Assembly: GCF_963921235.1 (NCBI RefSeq) | Contig: NC_086097.1 | Location: 237,214,001 to 237,278,000 of the forward strand | From: Mobula hypostoma | Taxonomy: Eukaryota | DNA length: 64,000 bases | Direction of reading: 5' to 3' | Shown here: in pieces, positions 1-13,904 of the stretch | How positions within the stretch are numbered: the first letter of the stretch is position 1 | How the letters are laid out: every line of letters starts with the position of its first letter | Program-made: the position numbers and the translations under genes | Notes under the pieces: generated by a model | Seen by the model: the letters and a program-made list of their open reading frames with translations, nothing else | The model's database searches: none | What the model was told of the DNA's origin: nothing

Positions 1-320
1 CTCACCCACTCGTGAGAAGCGCACCGCTTCCAGGGTCTCGTTACCTCGGGTGGCGTGTGTGTCTGTCTTAGCGAACCTGTCCCTTTTTATCCCCCTGCTG
101 GGGTATCGCCTGTCCATCACTTCAAACAGTTCAGGGTTCAAAGGGGGGAGCCGCTCCAGACAGCTCTTCCTCCCACATCCCTTCATTACACATCTCCAGA
201 CGCTGCTCCATTGTTCCTTATCTCTCCTTCCCCTGAGGGCAGGTGGCAGACCAACTGCTGATGCCACTGATGCTAGCCCAGGCCAGCAAACATCTTAATT
301 TTATGTGTATTCTCGTAACA
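1..320 (-). mobile_element. Probable LTR fragment truncated by the window edge
   Basis: The minus strand begins TGTTACGAG (TG terminus) and has a TATA-like GATAAAAAGGG. No coding signal. Confidence 0.45.
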
Positions 321-1434
321 CAAGATCCTCGACATCCAAAATTGAAAAGGCAAGTTGGCACCAGCGACCAAAGTAACTAATGCGACATCTTGCAGACAAT
401 TCTTCACCTAAGCTACTCTTACATTAAAAATATTCTTATATTACTAATCTGTGTGCAATTGGAGCCTGCAATTTACATTTTGATAATGTGTCTTTGGGCC
501 GATTGGTGTATTTGCTTTCTCCGAGAGAATTCAACGCGGTTGAAAGCGAGGTTGAGAGCAGAGTATGCCTAATGGTGGAGTGCAAACCCATGATCAGCTC
601 TAATTCTCGACCTACTCGCCGAATAAAGCGTCCAGTAAGATTGAATTCAACGAGGATGAGAACGGAAGACAAGCTGGTGTTCAGTGCACCTTTGTCCCTG
701 CCTCTCACTCACTGCTGAAGGAGGAAGTTGCAGGAATCTTGGGTCTTGGGCAAGGTTTGATCGGCACAGTTTATGGGTTGGTTTCATTTTTAGAGGATTC
801 TGAGGTTCACGCAAAATGTGTTTCTGGTTTCTGGTTACTATGGTCTAAGTGCAGGTCAGTGGGAATGGACAGATTAAGTTTGGCATGGACGAGAAGGACC
901 AAAGGGTTTGTTTCTGGGCTGTAGTGTTCTATGAGTCTATAACCTGTGAATGTACCCTGCATTTTCTGCGATTTTTGAGTATTCCAGCATCCTGTTTTTT
1001 GTTTCAGTATGAATATGAAGCCCAAACAATGCTTTCATATTAAATTAACGGTTCAAAAAGGTTCAAACATTCAAAGTATGTGTGCAGAATACAACTCTGA
1101 AACTTATCTTCTCTGGATAGCCATAAAATACAGAAAACCATAGAAATAGTTGAAAGAAAGACATCCCCAATTGAAAAGAAAAAGAAACAAAATCTTGTAA
1201 ACTCCAAACATCCCCAACCACTCCCTTGCACAAAAACTAACAGATCACGCATATGGAGAAACAAGAGCAAGAACTTCAAACCCCAAACCCCCTGCCTGCC
1301 ATTCTGCAACAAGAAAGAATGGGTGAGAACACTAAAAAAAGCATAGAACTGAAAGAGGCCAATAAGAACTACAGGGCAATCCATAAATCTCAGAATTCCG
1401 ATAACGTCTCCGAGAGCATTGGGAACCAGCGATC

Positions 1435-1613
1435 CTTCTGAGGGAAGCGACATGAACCAGGAGTCTCTCCAAAGGCAGCGACTTGAATCCAGCAGCCCCC
1501 TGCAGAGGGCAGCAACATGAACAAGCAGCCCCTCTGGGCGAAGCAACAGGGGCCAGAGGCTTTTCCGAGGGCAGCAACTTGAACCGAGCAGCCCCTCCAA
1601 GGGCAGCAACACC
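1435..1613. repeat. Degenerate ~30-bp minisatellite, about 6 units
   Basis: Recurring unit approximating CCGAGGGCAGCAACTTGAACCAGCAGCCCCT. Confidence 0.75.
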
Positions 1614-1706
1614 AACCATGTAATTACATCAGTAATTATATGCAAACTTACTTGGTTTGCATACTTATTTGTATGCAAAGCAAACTAAGATGAAGCAAAT
1701 GCCTCA

Positions 1707-1919
<213 letters not shown>

Positions 1920-3396
1920 CTAAACAAAGATGCCTCAGAGTAACAGAGGTATGCATAGAACAGTAATGATGAGCTGCTTCTTGACAACAGCTTATTGAAG
2001 ATTTATTAAACGCGCAATTTTGCTATCTGGAGAGATGCGAGTAACATTCAAAACTTTGTAATGCATTCTCTCTGAATAGTTCTAAATTCATCAGTGGTCA
2101 CTTTATTAAGTATACTTGTACACCTGCTGACTACAGGAGATACCTAATAAAGAAAATACTGAGAGTAGTCAGAAATTGGCAATCTGAAAAATAACCTGTT
2201 TTTTTAAAAAAAAAGGTATTTAATGAATCATTGAGTTTAATGACAGACTCAAAACACCTGTTTATTAAATATAATTTAATGGATACTTGCACTGAATGGA
2301 AATAATTGTTAGAGCCTTTGCACACCTCCTTGCCACTGTTTCTACTGATCAGTAAATGCAAAGAAAATTTGGGGGGTCAGTTCTTGTCAATAATATTGCA
2401 TGTAAATGCATTATTTTCAGCATATGATTTCATGTAGGCATGATTCAAAAAATTCAATGTTTTCAAACTTAAAACAGTTTTCAAATGAATTGGACAATGG
2501 CAGTTTTTGATTATACATCCATATTAATAAATTCACATTTCCAAAGCAACTTCTCTAGATTTAAAGGCTCTTTCCCTGTTCATCCATGTGTTTTCTAGAC
2601 AGTAAAGCTTTACTATAACTAATCTCTTCAGAACTTATCCTTGCTGGATTTAGGAATCAGCTTCATACATTTTTAAAGGTTGGGTGGAGTATTTATGAAT
2701 GAAGAGGAAACATCAGAGCAGATGGATCAGTTTAACTTTCTTCTGTGTTACAATACTTCCAACAATAAGTGTACATCTGCTCTCTCCCTTATATTCCACA
2801 ACTAATTTGAGCGTCTGAACCCATCAAAACAAAAACAATCACAAGGTAAACATTTCATAACCCAGATTATGCAATGGTCCCTTTTGAACGTTCATGTCTT
2901 GACATTTTAAAAAAGTCACTGTAGTTTTTAAGTACTGTTTTCCACTTTATTCCATTCATCAGTCAAGCAGCTTTGAGAGACAGATATAAAGTGCCAGTAG
3001 ACCCTCACCTCTGCACATTAATGTTGTTGGGAACCTTGCAGAAGAGCAAACAGTGGGGTTTGCTGGTAACTAACTTGTAGCTGATCTCAGACTTTCACCT
3101 TTCAGAGCACCCATGGAAGTTCTAGATATTCTGCAGCCTGAATGACTGAGCTAGTAGCAAAGTGGCAGCAAGCAGTTAGCATGATTCAGCCCACAGAATC
3201 CATGTATGTGGTACTAACTTTAATCTCATAAAATCATAAAACATAGGAACAAAATTAGACTATTTGACCCATCAAGTCTACTCTGCTATTCCATCATGGC
3301 TGATTAATTATCCCTCTCAACTCCATTCTCCTGTAACCGTTGGTGCCTGCACTAATTAGGAAGCTACTGAACTCCACTTTAAATATACCAAATGAT

Positions 3397-4043
3397 ATAT
3401 TTAAAGGAATATATCATTTAGAGGAATAGAGTATAGGAGCAGGGATGTGATGTTGAGGCTCTATAAGGCGCTGGTGAGACCTCACTTGGAGTACTGTGAG
3501 CAGTTTTGTTCTCCTTATTTAAGAAAGGATGTGCTGACGTTGGAGAGGGTACAGAGAAGATTCACTAGAATGATTCCAGGAGTGAGAGGGTTAACATGTG
3601 AGGAACGTTTGTCCGCTCTTGGACTGTATTCCTTGGAGTTTAGAAGAATGAGGGGAGACCTCATAGAAACATTTCGAATGTTAAAAGGCATGGACAGAGT
3701 GGATGTGGCAAAGTTGTTTCCCATGATGGGGGAGCCTAGTACGAGAGGGCATGACTTAAGGATTGAAGGGCACCCTTTCAGAACAGAAATGCAAAGAAAT
3801 TTTTTTAGTCAGAGGGTGGTGAATCTATGGAATTTGTTGCCACGGGCAGCAGTGGAGGCCAAGTCATTGGGTGTATTTAAGGCAGAGATTGATAGGTATC
3901 TGTGTAGCCAGGGCATCAAAGGTTATGGTGAGAAGGCAGGGGAGTGGGACTAAATAGGAGAAAATGGATCAGCTCATGATAAAATGGCGGAGCAGACTCG
4001 ATGGGCCGAATGGCCTACTTCTGCTCCTTTGTCTTATGGTCTT
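3397..4043 (+). mobile_element. 5'-truncated CR1 LINE (RT C-terminus and 3' UTR) nested in an older minus-strand CR1 tail (~3230-4310)
   Basis: ORF 3447..3953 contains [13 protein letters not shown]...RGDLIETF...RNFFSQRVVNLWN. Tail CTTATGGTCTTATG. Short ATGAT repeat at both junctions. Confidence 0.9.
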
Positions 4044-4837
4044 ATGATTTGGCCTCCATACCCAAGTCATTGAATTGCACAGATACGCCACCTCTAGCTG
4101 AAGAAATTCCTCCGAAAGAGATATTCTTGTACTGTGAGGCTGTGAACTTTGGTCATAGACTCGTTAAGTAAAGGAAACATCCTCTCCATGTCAACTCTCT
4201 CTCGGCCTTTCAGTATTTAATAGGTTTCAATGAGATCCTCTCTCATTCTTCTAAAATCCAACAAGTACAGGTGCAGAGCCATCAAACGCTCCTCGTGCAT
4301 TCATTTCTGAGAATTAATCTCTGTGTTTCAGGGAATAATGGATCCTTGGCAAGCAATAGTTGGAAATAGTTGTCTAATTGCTCTGTTCAGTGCAAAATAA
4401 TAATTATGTTTACACTGAGGGCAAGAGAAGTGCAATGCTACACATACTGTAACATACAGCTTTGCTCTGGATATGATCATGGGAGATATTTAGGAGTACA
4501 CAGATAAACTGTGCATCACAGCATTTGGAGAAGTAAGGAGACTCAGAGCATTACTTATCCGAGACTTTCAAACAGTTCCATTAGTAAGCAATCCCCCTAT
4601 AGGTATTTTTGGAAAACATGCAGAGGAATCCACGTCCCATGTAACTGAATAAATTTACCTAGAGGGGACAGCCTTGCACAGAGAATTGAAATTGTCAGTG
4701 AAAGCTGCGCCACTCCATACAGTCACAGCTCCCAAATGCTTTACAACTCCAGTCAGGATTGAAGTGAATCTTACTCTATTCATTTTTAGCTTTGAATAAA
4801 AAGACAGATGTTGACAATTATCAGGTGTTTTGACTTG

Positions 4838-7250
4838 ACAATAGGCGATAGACAATAGCTGCAGGAGTAGGCTATTCGGCCCTTCGAGCCAGCACCGCCA
4901 CTCATTGTGATCATGGCTGATCATCCACAATCAGTATCCAGTTCCTGCCTTATCCCCATAACCTTTGATTCCGCTATCTTTAAGAGCTCTATCCATCTCT
5001 TTCTTGAAAGCATCCAGAGACTTGGCCTCCACAGCCTTCTGGGGCAGAGCATTCCATATATCAACCACTCTCTGGGTGAAAGAGTTTTTCCTCAACTCTG
5101 TTCTAAATGGCCTACCCCTTATTCTTAAACTGTGGCCTCTGGTTCTGGACTCACCCATCAGCGGGAACATGCTTCCTGCCTCCAGCGTGTCCAATCCCTT
5201 AATAATCTTTTATGTTTCAATAAGATCCCCTCTCAGCTTTCTAAATTTCAGAGTATACAAGCCCAGTCGCTCCAATCTTTCAACATATGACAGTCCCGCC
5301 ATCCCAGGAATTAACCTTGTGAACCTACGCTGCACTCCCTCAATAGCAAGAATGTCCTTCCTCAAATTTGGAGACCAAAACTGCACACAGTACTCCAGGT
5401 GTGGTCTCACCAGGGCCCTGCAACTGTAGAAGGACATCTTTGCTCTTATACTCAATTCCCCTTGTTATGAAGGCCAGCATGCCATTAGCTTTCTTCACTG
5501 CCTGCTGTACTTGCATGCTTGCTTTCAGTGACTGATGTACAAGAATACCTAGATCTCGTTGTACTTCCCCTTTTCCTAACTTGACTCCATTTAGATAATA
5601 ATCTGCCTTCCTGTTCTTACCACCAAAGTGGATAACCTCACATTTATCCACATTAAACTGAATCTGCCATGCATCTGCCCACTCACCCAGCCTGTCCAAG
5701 TCACCCTGCATTCTCATAACATCCTCCTCACATTTCACACTGCCACCCAGCTTTGTGTCATCGGCAAATTTGCTAATGTTACTTTTAATTCCCTCATCTA
5801 AATCATTAATATATATTGTAAACAGCTGCGGTTCCAGCACTGAACCCTGCGGTACCCCACTGGTCACCGCCTGCCATTCCGAAAGGGACCTGTTAATCGC
5901 TACTCTTTGTTTTCTGTCAGCCAGCCAATTTTCAATCCATGTCAGTACTCTTCCCCCAATACCATGTGCCCAAATTTTGCCCACTAATCTCCTATGTGGG
6001 ACTTTATCAAAGGCTTTCTGAAAGTCCAGGTACACTACATCCACTGGCTCTCCCTTGTCCGTTTTCATAGTTACATCCTCAAAAAATTCCAGAAGATTAG
6101 TCAAGCACGATTTCCCCTTCGTAAATCCATGCTGACTCGAACCGATCCTGTTACTGCTATCCAGATGTGTCGTAATTTCATCTTTTATAATTGACTCCAG
6201 CATCTTTCCCACCACCGATGTCAGGCTAACCGGTCTATAAATCCCTGTTTTCTCTCTTCCTCCTTTCTTGAAGAGAGGGACGACATTAGCCACCCTCCAA
6301 TCCACAGGAACTGATCCTGAATCTACAGAACATTGGAAAATGATTACCAATGCGTCCACGATTTCTAAAGCCACCTCCTTAAGTACCCTGGGATGCAGAC
6401 CATCAGGTCCCAGGGACTTATCAGCCTTCAGACCCAACAGTCTATCCAACACCATTTCCTGCCTAATATAAATTTCTTTCAGTTCATCGATTACCCTAGG
6501 TCCTTTGGCCACTATTATAACTGGGAGATTGTTTGTGTCTTCCCTAGTGAGGACAGATCCAAAGTACCTGTTCAACTCGTCTACCACTTCCTTGTTCCCC
6601 ATAATAAATTCACCCGTTTCTGTCTTCAAGGGCCCAATTTTGGTCTTAACTATTTTTTTCCTTTTCACATACCTAAAGAAGCTTTTACTATTCTCCTTTA
6701 TATTCTTGGCTAGTTTACCTTCGTACCTCATTATTTTCTCCACGTATTGCCTTTTTAGTTACCTTCCATTGCTCTTTAAAAGAATCCCAATCTTCCGGCT
6801 TCCCACTCATCTTTGCTATGTTATACTACTTCTATTTTATTTTTATGCTGTCCATTACTTCCCTTGTCAGCCACAGCCTCCCCTTATTCCTCTTAGGATC
6901 TTTCTTCCTCTTTGGAACGAACTGATCCTGCACCTTCCGCATTATTCCCAGAAACACTTGCCATTGCTGTTCCACTGTCATCCCTGCTATGGTATTGTTC
7001 CATTGAACTTTGGCCAGTTCCTCCCTCATAGCACCGTAGTTCCCTTTGTTCAACTGTAATACTGACATTTCCGAGTTTCCCTTCTCCCTCTCAAATTGTA
7101 GATTAAAACTTATCATATTATGGTCACTCCCTCCTAAAGGCTCCTTTACCTCGAGGTCCCTGATCAAATCCGTTTCATTGCACAACACTAAATCTAGAAT
7201 TGCATTCTCTCTGGTAGGCTCCAGTACAAGCTGTTCTAAGAATCCATCTT
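4838..7250 (-). mobile_element. CR1 LINE ORF2 remnant (frameshifted reverse transcriptase)
   Basis: ORFs 6832..7188, 5340..6743, 5210..5455 and 4931..5194 carry YRPVSLTS, YLDFQKAFDKVPH, GVPQGSVL and KFADDTK. Confidence 0.95.
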
Positions 7251-7427
7251 GGATTACTGACGCCCAGAATAAAACTTGTAATTTTCCTAATAATTACTGT
7301 GGTTCCACAATATCAGATTGATGCATTGAAGTTAAGCTAAGCTGGTAAGAAGAATCTAAACTAAGTTTTGAACTTTGAACAACAACCTATTACGTGTTAA
7401 CCTACAGAATGCACTCAAAGCCATGTT

Positions 7428-10232
7428 ATAGAAACATAGAAACATAGAAAATAGGTGCAGGAGTAGGCCATTCGGCCCTTTGAGCCTGCACCACCATTTA
7501 TTATGATCATGGCTGATCATCCAACTCAGAACCCCACCCCAGCCTTCCCTCCATACCCCCTGACCCCCGTAGCCACAAGGGCCATATCTAACTCCCTCTT
7601 AAATATAGCCAATGAACTGGCCTCAACAGTTTGCTGTGGCAGAGAATTCCACAGATTCACCACTCTCTGTGTGAAGAAGTTTTTCCTAATCTCGGTCCTA
7701 AAAGGCTTCCCCTCTATCCTCAAACTGTGACCCCTCGTTCTGGACTTCCCCAACATCGGGAACAATCTTCCTGCATCTAGCCTGTCCAATCCCTTTAGGA
7801 TCTTATACGTTTCAATCAGATCCCTCCTCAATCTTCTAAATTCCAACGAGTACAAGCCCAATTCATCTAGTCTTTCTTCATATGAAAGTCCTGCCATCCC
7901 AGGAATCAATCTGGTGAACCTTCTTTGTACTCCCTCTATGGCAAAGATGTCTTTCCTCAGATTAGGGGACCAAAACTGCACACAATACTCCAGGTGTGGT
8001 CTCACCAAGGCCTTGTACAACTGCAGTAGTACCTCCCTGCTCCTGTACTCGAATCCTCTCGCTATAAATGCCAGCATACCATTCGCCTTTTTCACCGCCT
8101 GCTGTACCTGCATGCCCACTTTCAATGACTGGTGTATAATGACACCCAGGTCTCGTTGCACCTCCCCTTTTCCTAATCGGCCACCATTCAGATAATAATC
8201 TGTTTTCCTATTTTTGCCACCAAAGTGGATAACTTCACATTTATCCACATTAAATTGCATCTGCCATGAATTTGCACACTCACCCAACCTATCCAAGTCA
8301 CCCTGCATCCTCTTAGCATCCTCCTCACTGCTAACACTGCCACCCAGCTTCGTGTCATCCGCAAACTTGGAGATGCTGCATTTAATTCCCTCATCCAAGT
8401 CATTAATATATATTGTAAACAACTGGGGTCCCAGCACTGAGCCTTGCGGTACCCCACTAGTCACCGCCTGCCATTCTGAAAAGGTCCCGTTTATTCCCAC
8501 TCTTTGCTTCCTGTCTGCTAACCAATTCTCCACCCACACCAATACCTTACCCCCAATACCGTGTGCTTTAAGTTTGCACACAAATCTCCTGTGTGGGACC
8601 TTGTCAAAAGCCTTTTGAAAATCCAAATATACCACATCCACTGGTTCTCCCCTATCCACTCTACTAGTTACATCCTCAAAAAATTCTATGAGATTCGTCA
8701 GACATGATTTTCCTTTCACAAATCCATGCTGACTTTGTCCGATCATTTCACCGCTTTCCAAATGTGCTGTTATCACATCCTTGATAACTGACTCCAGCAG
8801 TTTCCCCACCACCGACGTTAGGCTAACCGGTCTATAATTCCCCGGTTTCTCTCTCCCTCCTTTTTTAAAAAGTGGGGTTACATTAGCCACCCTCCAATCC
8901 TCAGGAACCAGTCCAGAATCTAACGAGTTTTGAAAAATTATCACTAATGCATCCACTATTTCTTGGGCTACTTCTTTAAGCACTCTAGGATGCAGACCAT
9001 CTGGCCCTAGGGATTTATCTGCCTTCAATCCCTTCAATTTACCTAACACCACTTCCCTCCTAACATGTATTTCGCTCAGTTCCTCCAACTCACTGGACCC
9101 TCTGTCCCTTACTATTTCTGGAAGATTATTTATGTCCTCCTTAGTGAAGACAGAACCAAAGTAATTATTCAATTGGTCTGCCATGTCCTTGCTCCCCATA
9201 ATCAATTCACCTGTTTCTGTCTGCAGGGGACCTACATTTGTCTTTACCAGTCTTTTCCTTTTTACATATCTATAAAAGCTTTTACAGTCCATTTTTATGT
9301 TTCCTGCCAGTTTTCTCTCATAATCTTTTTCCCCCTTCCTAATTAAGCCCTTTGTCCTCCTCTGCTGAACTCTGAATTTCTCCCAGTCCTCAGGTGAGCC
9401 ACTTTCTCTGGCTAATTTGTATGCTTCTTCTTTGGAATTGATACTATCCCTAATTTCTCTTGTCAGCCACGGGTGCACTACCTTCCTTGATTTATTCTTT
9501 TGCCAAACTGGGATGAACAATTGTTGTAGTTCATCCATGCAACCTTTAAATGCTTGCCATTGCATATCCACCGTCAATCCTTTAAGTGTCATTTGCCAGT
9601 CTATCTTAGCTAATTCACGTCTCATACCTTCAAAGTCACCCCTCTTTAAGTTCAGAACCTTTGTTTCTGAATTAACTATGTCACTCTCCATCTTAATGAA
9701 GAATTCCACCATATTATGGTCACTCTTACCTAAGGGGCCTCTCACGACAAGATCGCTAATTAACCCTTCCTCATTGCTCAAAACCCAGTCCAGAATAGCC
9801 TGCTCTCTAGTTGGTTCCTCGACATGTTAGTTCAAAAAACCATCCCGCATACATTCCAAGAAATCCTCTTCCTCATCACCTTTACCAATTTGGTTCACCC
9901 AGTAGATTGAAGATTGAAGTCACCCATTATAACTGCTGCTCCTTTATTGCACACATTTCTAATTTCCTGTTTAATACCATCTCCGACCTCACTACTACTG
10001 TTAGGTGGCCTGTACACAACTCCCACCAGCGTCTTCTGCCCCTTGGTGTTACGCAGCTCTACCCATATTGATTCCGCATCTTCCCGGCTTATGTCCTTCC
10101 TTTCTATTGCGTTAATTTCTTCTTTAACCAGCAACGCCACCCCACCTCCCCTTCCTTCATGTCTATCCCTCCTGAATATTGAATATCCCTGAACGTTGAG
10201 CTCCCATCCCTGGTCACCCTGGAGCCATGTCT
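7428..10232 (-). mobile_element. Young CR1 LINE with a 751-aa open RT region and a damaged endonuclease part
   Basis: ORF 7526..9781 has the full RT motifs. Endonuclease fragment VGVVYRPPNS...IMGDFN at 9895..10140. Tail (TTTCTATG)n. CAA>TAA stop near 9828 and a deletion near 9900. Confidence 0.96.
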
Positions 10233-10436
10233 CGAATAAAGCCTGACATTAAAGCTTTATGACAGATACTAGAAAAATAGTTTCAAAGCTCAAAGTAAAC
10301 TTATTATCAAAGTTTGTATATGTCACCCTGAGATTTATTTTCTTTCAGACATTCACAGCAGAACAAAACAACGCGCTGATTTGTGATGATAAAGTCTGCC
10401 GCTTTGATTTTTGTTTCAAAAGTTCTCCAACCCAAG

Positions 10437-10986
10437 TTGAAGTTAAAGGCATCCGTTAGTCTTGCGAGACCATGGATTTGCGCCTGGAAAGTCTTCACTC
10501 TCCAGGGCGCAGGCCTGGGCAAGGCTGTATGGAAGACCAGCAGTTGCCCATGCTGCAAGTCTCCCCTCTCCATGACACCAATGTTGTCCAAGGGAAGGGC
10601 ATTAGGACCCATACAGCTTGGCACCAGTGTCATCGCAGAGCAATGTGTGATTAAGTGCCTTGCTCAAGGATGCAACACGTTCTGTGGAATTCTCTGCCAC
10701 AGGAAACAGTTGAGGCCAGTTCATTGGCTATATTTAAGAGGGAGTTAGATATGGCCCTTGTGGCTACAGGGGTCAGGGGGTATGGAGGGAAGGCTGGGGC
10801 GGGGTTCTGAGTTGGATGATCAGCCATGATCATAATAAATGGCGGTGCAGGCTTGAAGGGCCGAATGGCCTACTCCTGCACCTATTTTCTATGTTTCTAT
10901 GTTTCTATGTTCCCTCGGCTGGGGCTCGAACTCACAACTTTCAGGTCGCTAGTCCAATGCCTTAACCACTTGGCCACGTGCCCACG
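10437..10986 (-). mobile_element. tRNA-derived SINE with an RTE-type 3' tail, interrupted by a CR1 3' fragment
   Basis: A box TGGCCAAGTGG and B box GTTCGAGCC on the minus strand. 12-bp TSD CTCCAACCCAAG (10425-10436 and 10987-10998). Confidence 0.88.
10679..10910 (+). mobile_element. CR1 3'-end fragment from the same young subfamily as 7428 and 27458
   Basis: Its reverse complement is nearly identical to 27459-27685. Ends in (TTTCTATG)n. Confidence 0.93.
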
Positions 10987-11030
10987 CTCCAACCCAAGAA
11001 TAGGCAACAAACTCTCCTCCACCAACAAGG

Positions 11031-11068
<38 letters not shown>

Positions 11069-11270
11069 GAGTACAGGGCCTCCAAAAGCTGATGTTTCAT
11101 TTTCTCCTGTGATGCGTGAGTCAGTGGCACGGGCATAGAATCAGCCCATGTACAGAGCAGCAAAATCTCAGAACCCTGAAGCTGAGAAATACAAAAGGGT
11201 CAATGAAAAATACACACGGACAAAGACAAGCAACTAAAATAGTTATTTAATTTCTTGCCTTTGTAATATA

Positions 11271-11820
11271 CAGTACTGTGCAAAAGTATTAGGCACATAT
11301 ATATAGTTAGGGTGCCTCAGACTTTTGCTCAGTACTGTAGTAATTTCACATATTGCACTGTACTGCTGCCGCAAAACGAAACAAATTTCATGACATAGAT
11401 GAGTGATGGTAAACCTGATTCTGATATTGGTCTCTATTGGTGGACTGAGAGTGGGAAGGGGCCAGGGATAGGGGAATCATAGTTGGAAAAAAGGGAAAGG
11501 AGAGGGGAGGGAATGGGAAGCACCAGAGAGACATTCTGTAACGATCAATAAACCAATTGCTAGGAATCAAATGATCTTGGCTGGGGTCTCAGGGCTGGGT
11601 GTGTCTGCACCCACACCACCCGCTCCCACCCTGGCACTCCTTCTCTGCCACCTGTCCCACACCCTCTCGCGGCACGCCACCATCCCATTTCAATACTCAT
11701 TGCTCCTGCTAGATTTATAAATTCGCTCTCAACTCCACTTTGACCAATACAGTACAATGCAAAAGTCTTAGGCACCCTAGCTGTATATATATATGTACCT
11801 AAGACTTTAGCACGGTATTG
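11271..11820. mobile_element. Tc1/mariner-like non-autonomous element bounded by two short palindromic TIR units
   Basis: CAGTACTGTGCAAAAGTMTTAGGCAC...GTGCCTMAGACTTTTGCWCAGTACTG at 11271-11337 and a degenerate copy at 11750-11820. TA flanks. Confidence 0.7.
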
Positions 11821-13904
11821 TAAATAAATAAGTAATACTGTGTACATGAGTTGTAGTGTTCCTGGAAGTTAGTGCATAGATTGTGTTCAAAGATTAGTCC
11901 TGTATTGAGGTGAGTGAGCTTATCCATGATGGTCCAGGAGCCTGATGGTTGCAGGGTAATAACTGTGAGCTACAATGACGCTCAGCAATGACCCCTTCGA
12001 GCTCTTCTGTGGAAACAGCTTAATTTCTCCCTTTGATGTCTCTCTTTTCCTTTTTCACATCAGATGGGGTTCCGTTGAAGATCCTGACCTGAAGTTACAC
12101 TTAATGTGGTGGTGGGACCAGTTCCCGAGGGCTTACGACCGCTTGCTTTTCAAAATCACAAGGATGCAGCTGAGAAGATGAGCTCAACTTCGGGCTTCCG
12201 AGCTTTTGTGGCCCTGTACATGAGCTGATTCTATGCTGGTGCCACTGACTCACGCATCACAGGAGAAGACGAAACATCAGGAGCAGCGGATCAGCTTTCG
12301 GAGGCTCTGTACTCACCAAATCTCTCTCCCTCTCTCTCTCTCGTTGGTGGAGGAGAGTTTGTTGCCGATTCTCGGGTTGGAGAACTTTCGGAACAAAAAA
12401 AACAAAGCAGCAGACTTTATCATCGCAAATCAGCGCGTTGTTTTGTTATGCCTGCCCTCTCGCTGTAAAAGGGGACACTTCTTTTTCCCTTTATTAGGTA
12501 GCGAGAGAGCCTGCGGCATGTCGAATTGTTGGGTGAACAGCTTGTTTTTGTTGTACTGCAGGCCATGGTCTTTATTGGGGGGGTTGCTATTGCATGCTTG
12601 GTGGGTGGAGGCTGCTGCTGCTTTTTGCTGAAGTGCGTAGGGTGGAGGAGGATCATCGCTTTGCTGCTATTTGCGCATGGGAGGGGGGAGTAAGGGGGCT
12701 TTGGGGCGATCGAACACTTTTACTGTCATTCATTCTTTGGGGCACTCTTCTGTTTTCGTGGATGTCTACGAAGAACAAGAATTTCAAGATGTATATTGCA
12801 TTTATTTCTCTGACATTAAATGGAACTATTGAAAACTATTGTTTGTGAACCTGGTGGTGTGGGACCTGAGGCTCATAGATGTTGATTTTAAGCATCCTGA
12901 AAGTAGACTGAGAAATAGAGGTGTCACTGTGGGCGCTAGCAACGACTGAACCCAAGTGCGGAGGAATGACAGACTCCCATGCAGAGACAGAAACAAAAAT
13001 TTATGCGTAGGAATTCCAACAGAACATCGATGGCTTGACTGAGTGGCACTGTGATTGTCAGAACAAGGACCCCAGGATAAGCACTAATCGTGAGTCCACT
13101 TCAAATAATCAAAGCATGCAGAAAACCTGTGCCAGTCAAAATAAACTTGACAAGATTAAACAGAAAGCTCAAGGGGCCGCTATTGACTGCAGCTAAGACA
13201 ACTATTAGAAAAGCAACTGATCCAGAAACTCGGAGCCCAAAGCCAGCGGCTCTCCTCACAGGACCTCAGGGCGGTGAGATATACAAGGGAGAAATTCCAA
13301 AGTCCCAAGGCATTGGCAGCCTCTCAAAGTCCAACCGTATGTCCTTGTCCTAAGAGGTGGAAAAAGGTAAGGCCAGCCAACAGGGCTCTTGTGAAGCTGT
13401 ATAGGCCAATCCCTGTGCAGTAGGTACAATGGATTACAGAAACATTGATGAACTCCAACCATACCATCAAGTTTGGATAATGGAGACAGGAGATCACCAA
13501 TGGCCTATGCTCCACTGGGAGCACCCAAAAAGAAGGCATTGGCACGTAAAAGAAGATTATAAATGCCAACAATAAACTTGTGCCAAAGGTGAAAAAGGAC
13601 AGTCAGAGAATTATAGAGCTGGAGGAGGTTTGAGAGATAAGATGAGATCACAGACGCATTGGAAACAAACGATGGGTATTTTAAGATTAAGACATTCTAA
13701 ATCAAATAACAAGGCAATACTTTTCTCTTTGAGATTGAGATGCAAACCTAGATCATAAAATATTGAGGAAGTGGTTTACTACTACTCTGTATGAGGATGT
13801 AGCTCGAGTGTAGCAAACATGGCAGGCAATTGCTTCCCTGACATTTCGCTATCAAGTCGCCTCTCATCCTCCTTTTGTCCAGAGAGAAAAAGCCCTAGCT
13901 CACT

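Noticed and set aside
1040..1678. 212-aa minus-strand ORF just downstream of a CSMD3 exon
   Set aside because: Made of minisatellite and retroposon sequence. No domain motif and no fit to the expected next CSMD3 exon.
4907..9830. Many plus-strand ORFs overlapping CR1 copies
   Set aside because: Antisense shadows of RT coding sequence, recurring in each copy.
10920..10986. tRNA-like sequences here and at 54960, 46183 and 30215
   Set aside because: They are SINE heads with A/B boxes followed by SINE bodies, and do not form complete cloverleafs.
12910..13600. Unassigned stretch with ORF 13090..13353
   Set aside because: No recognisable motif or splice pattern. Possibly a highly decayed LINE, but I cannot support a call.
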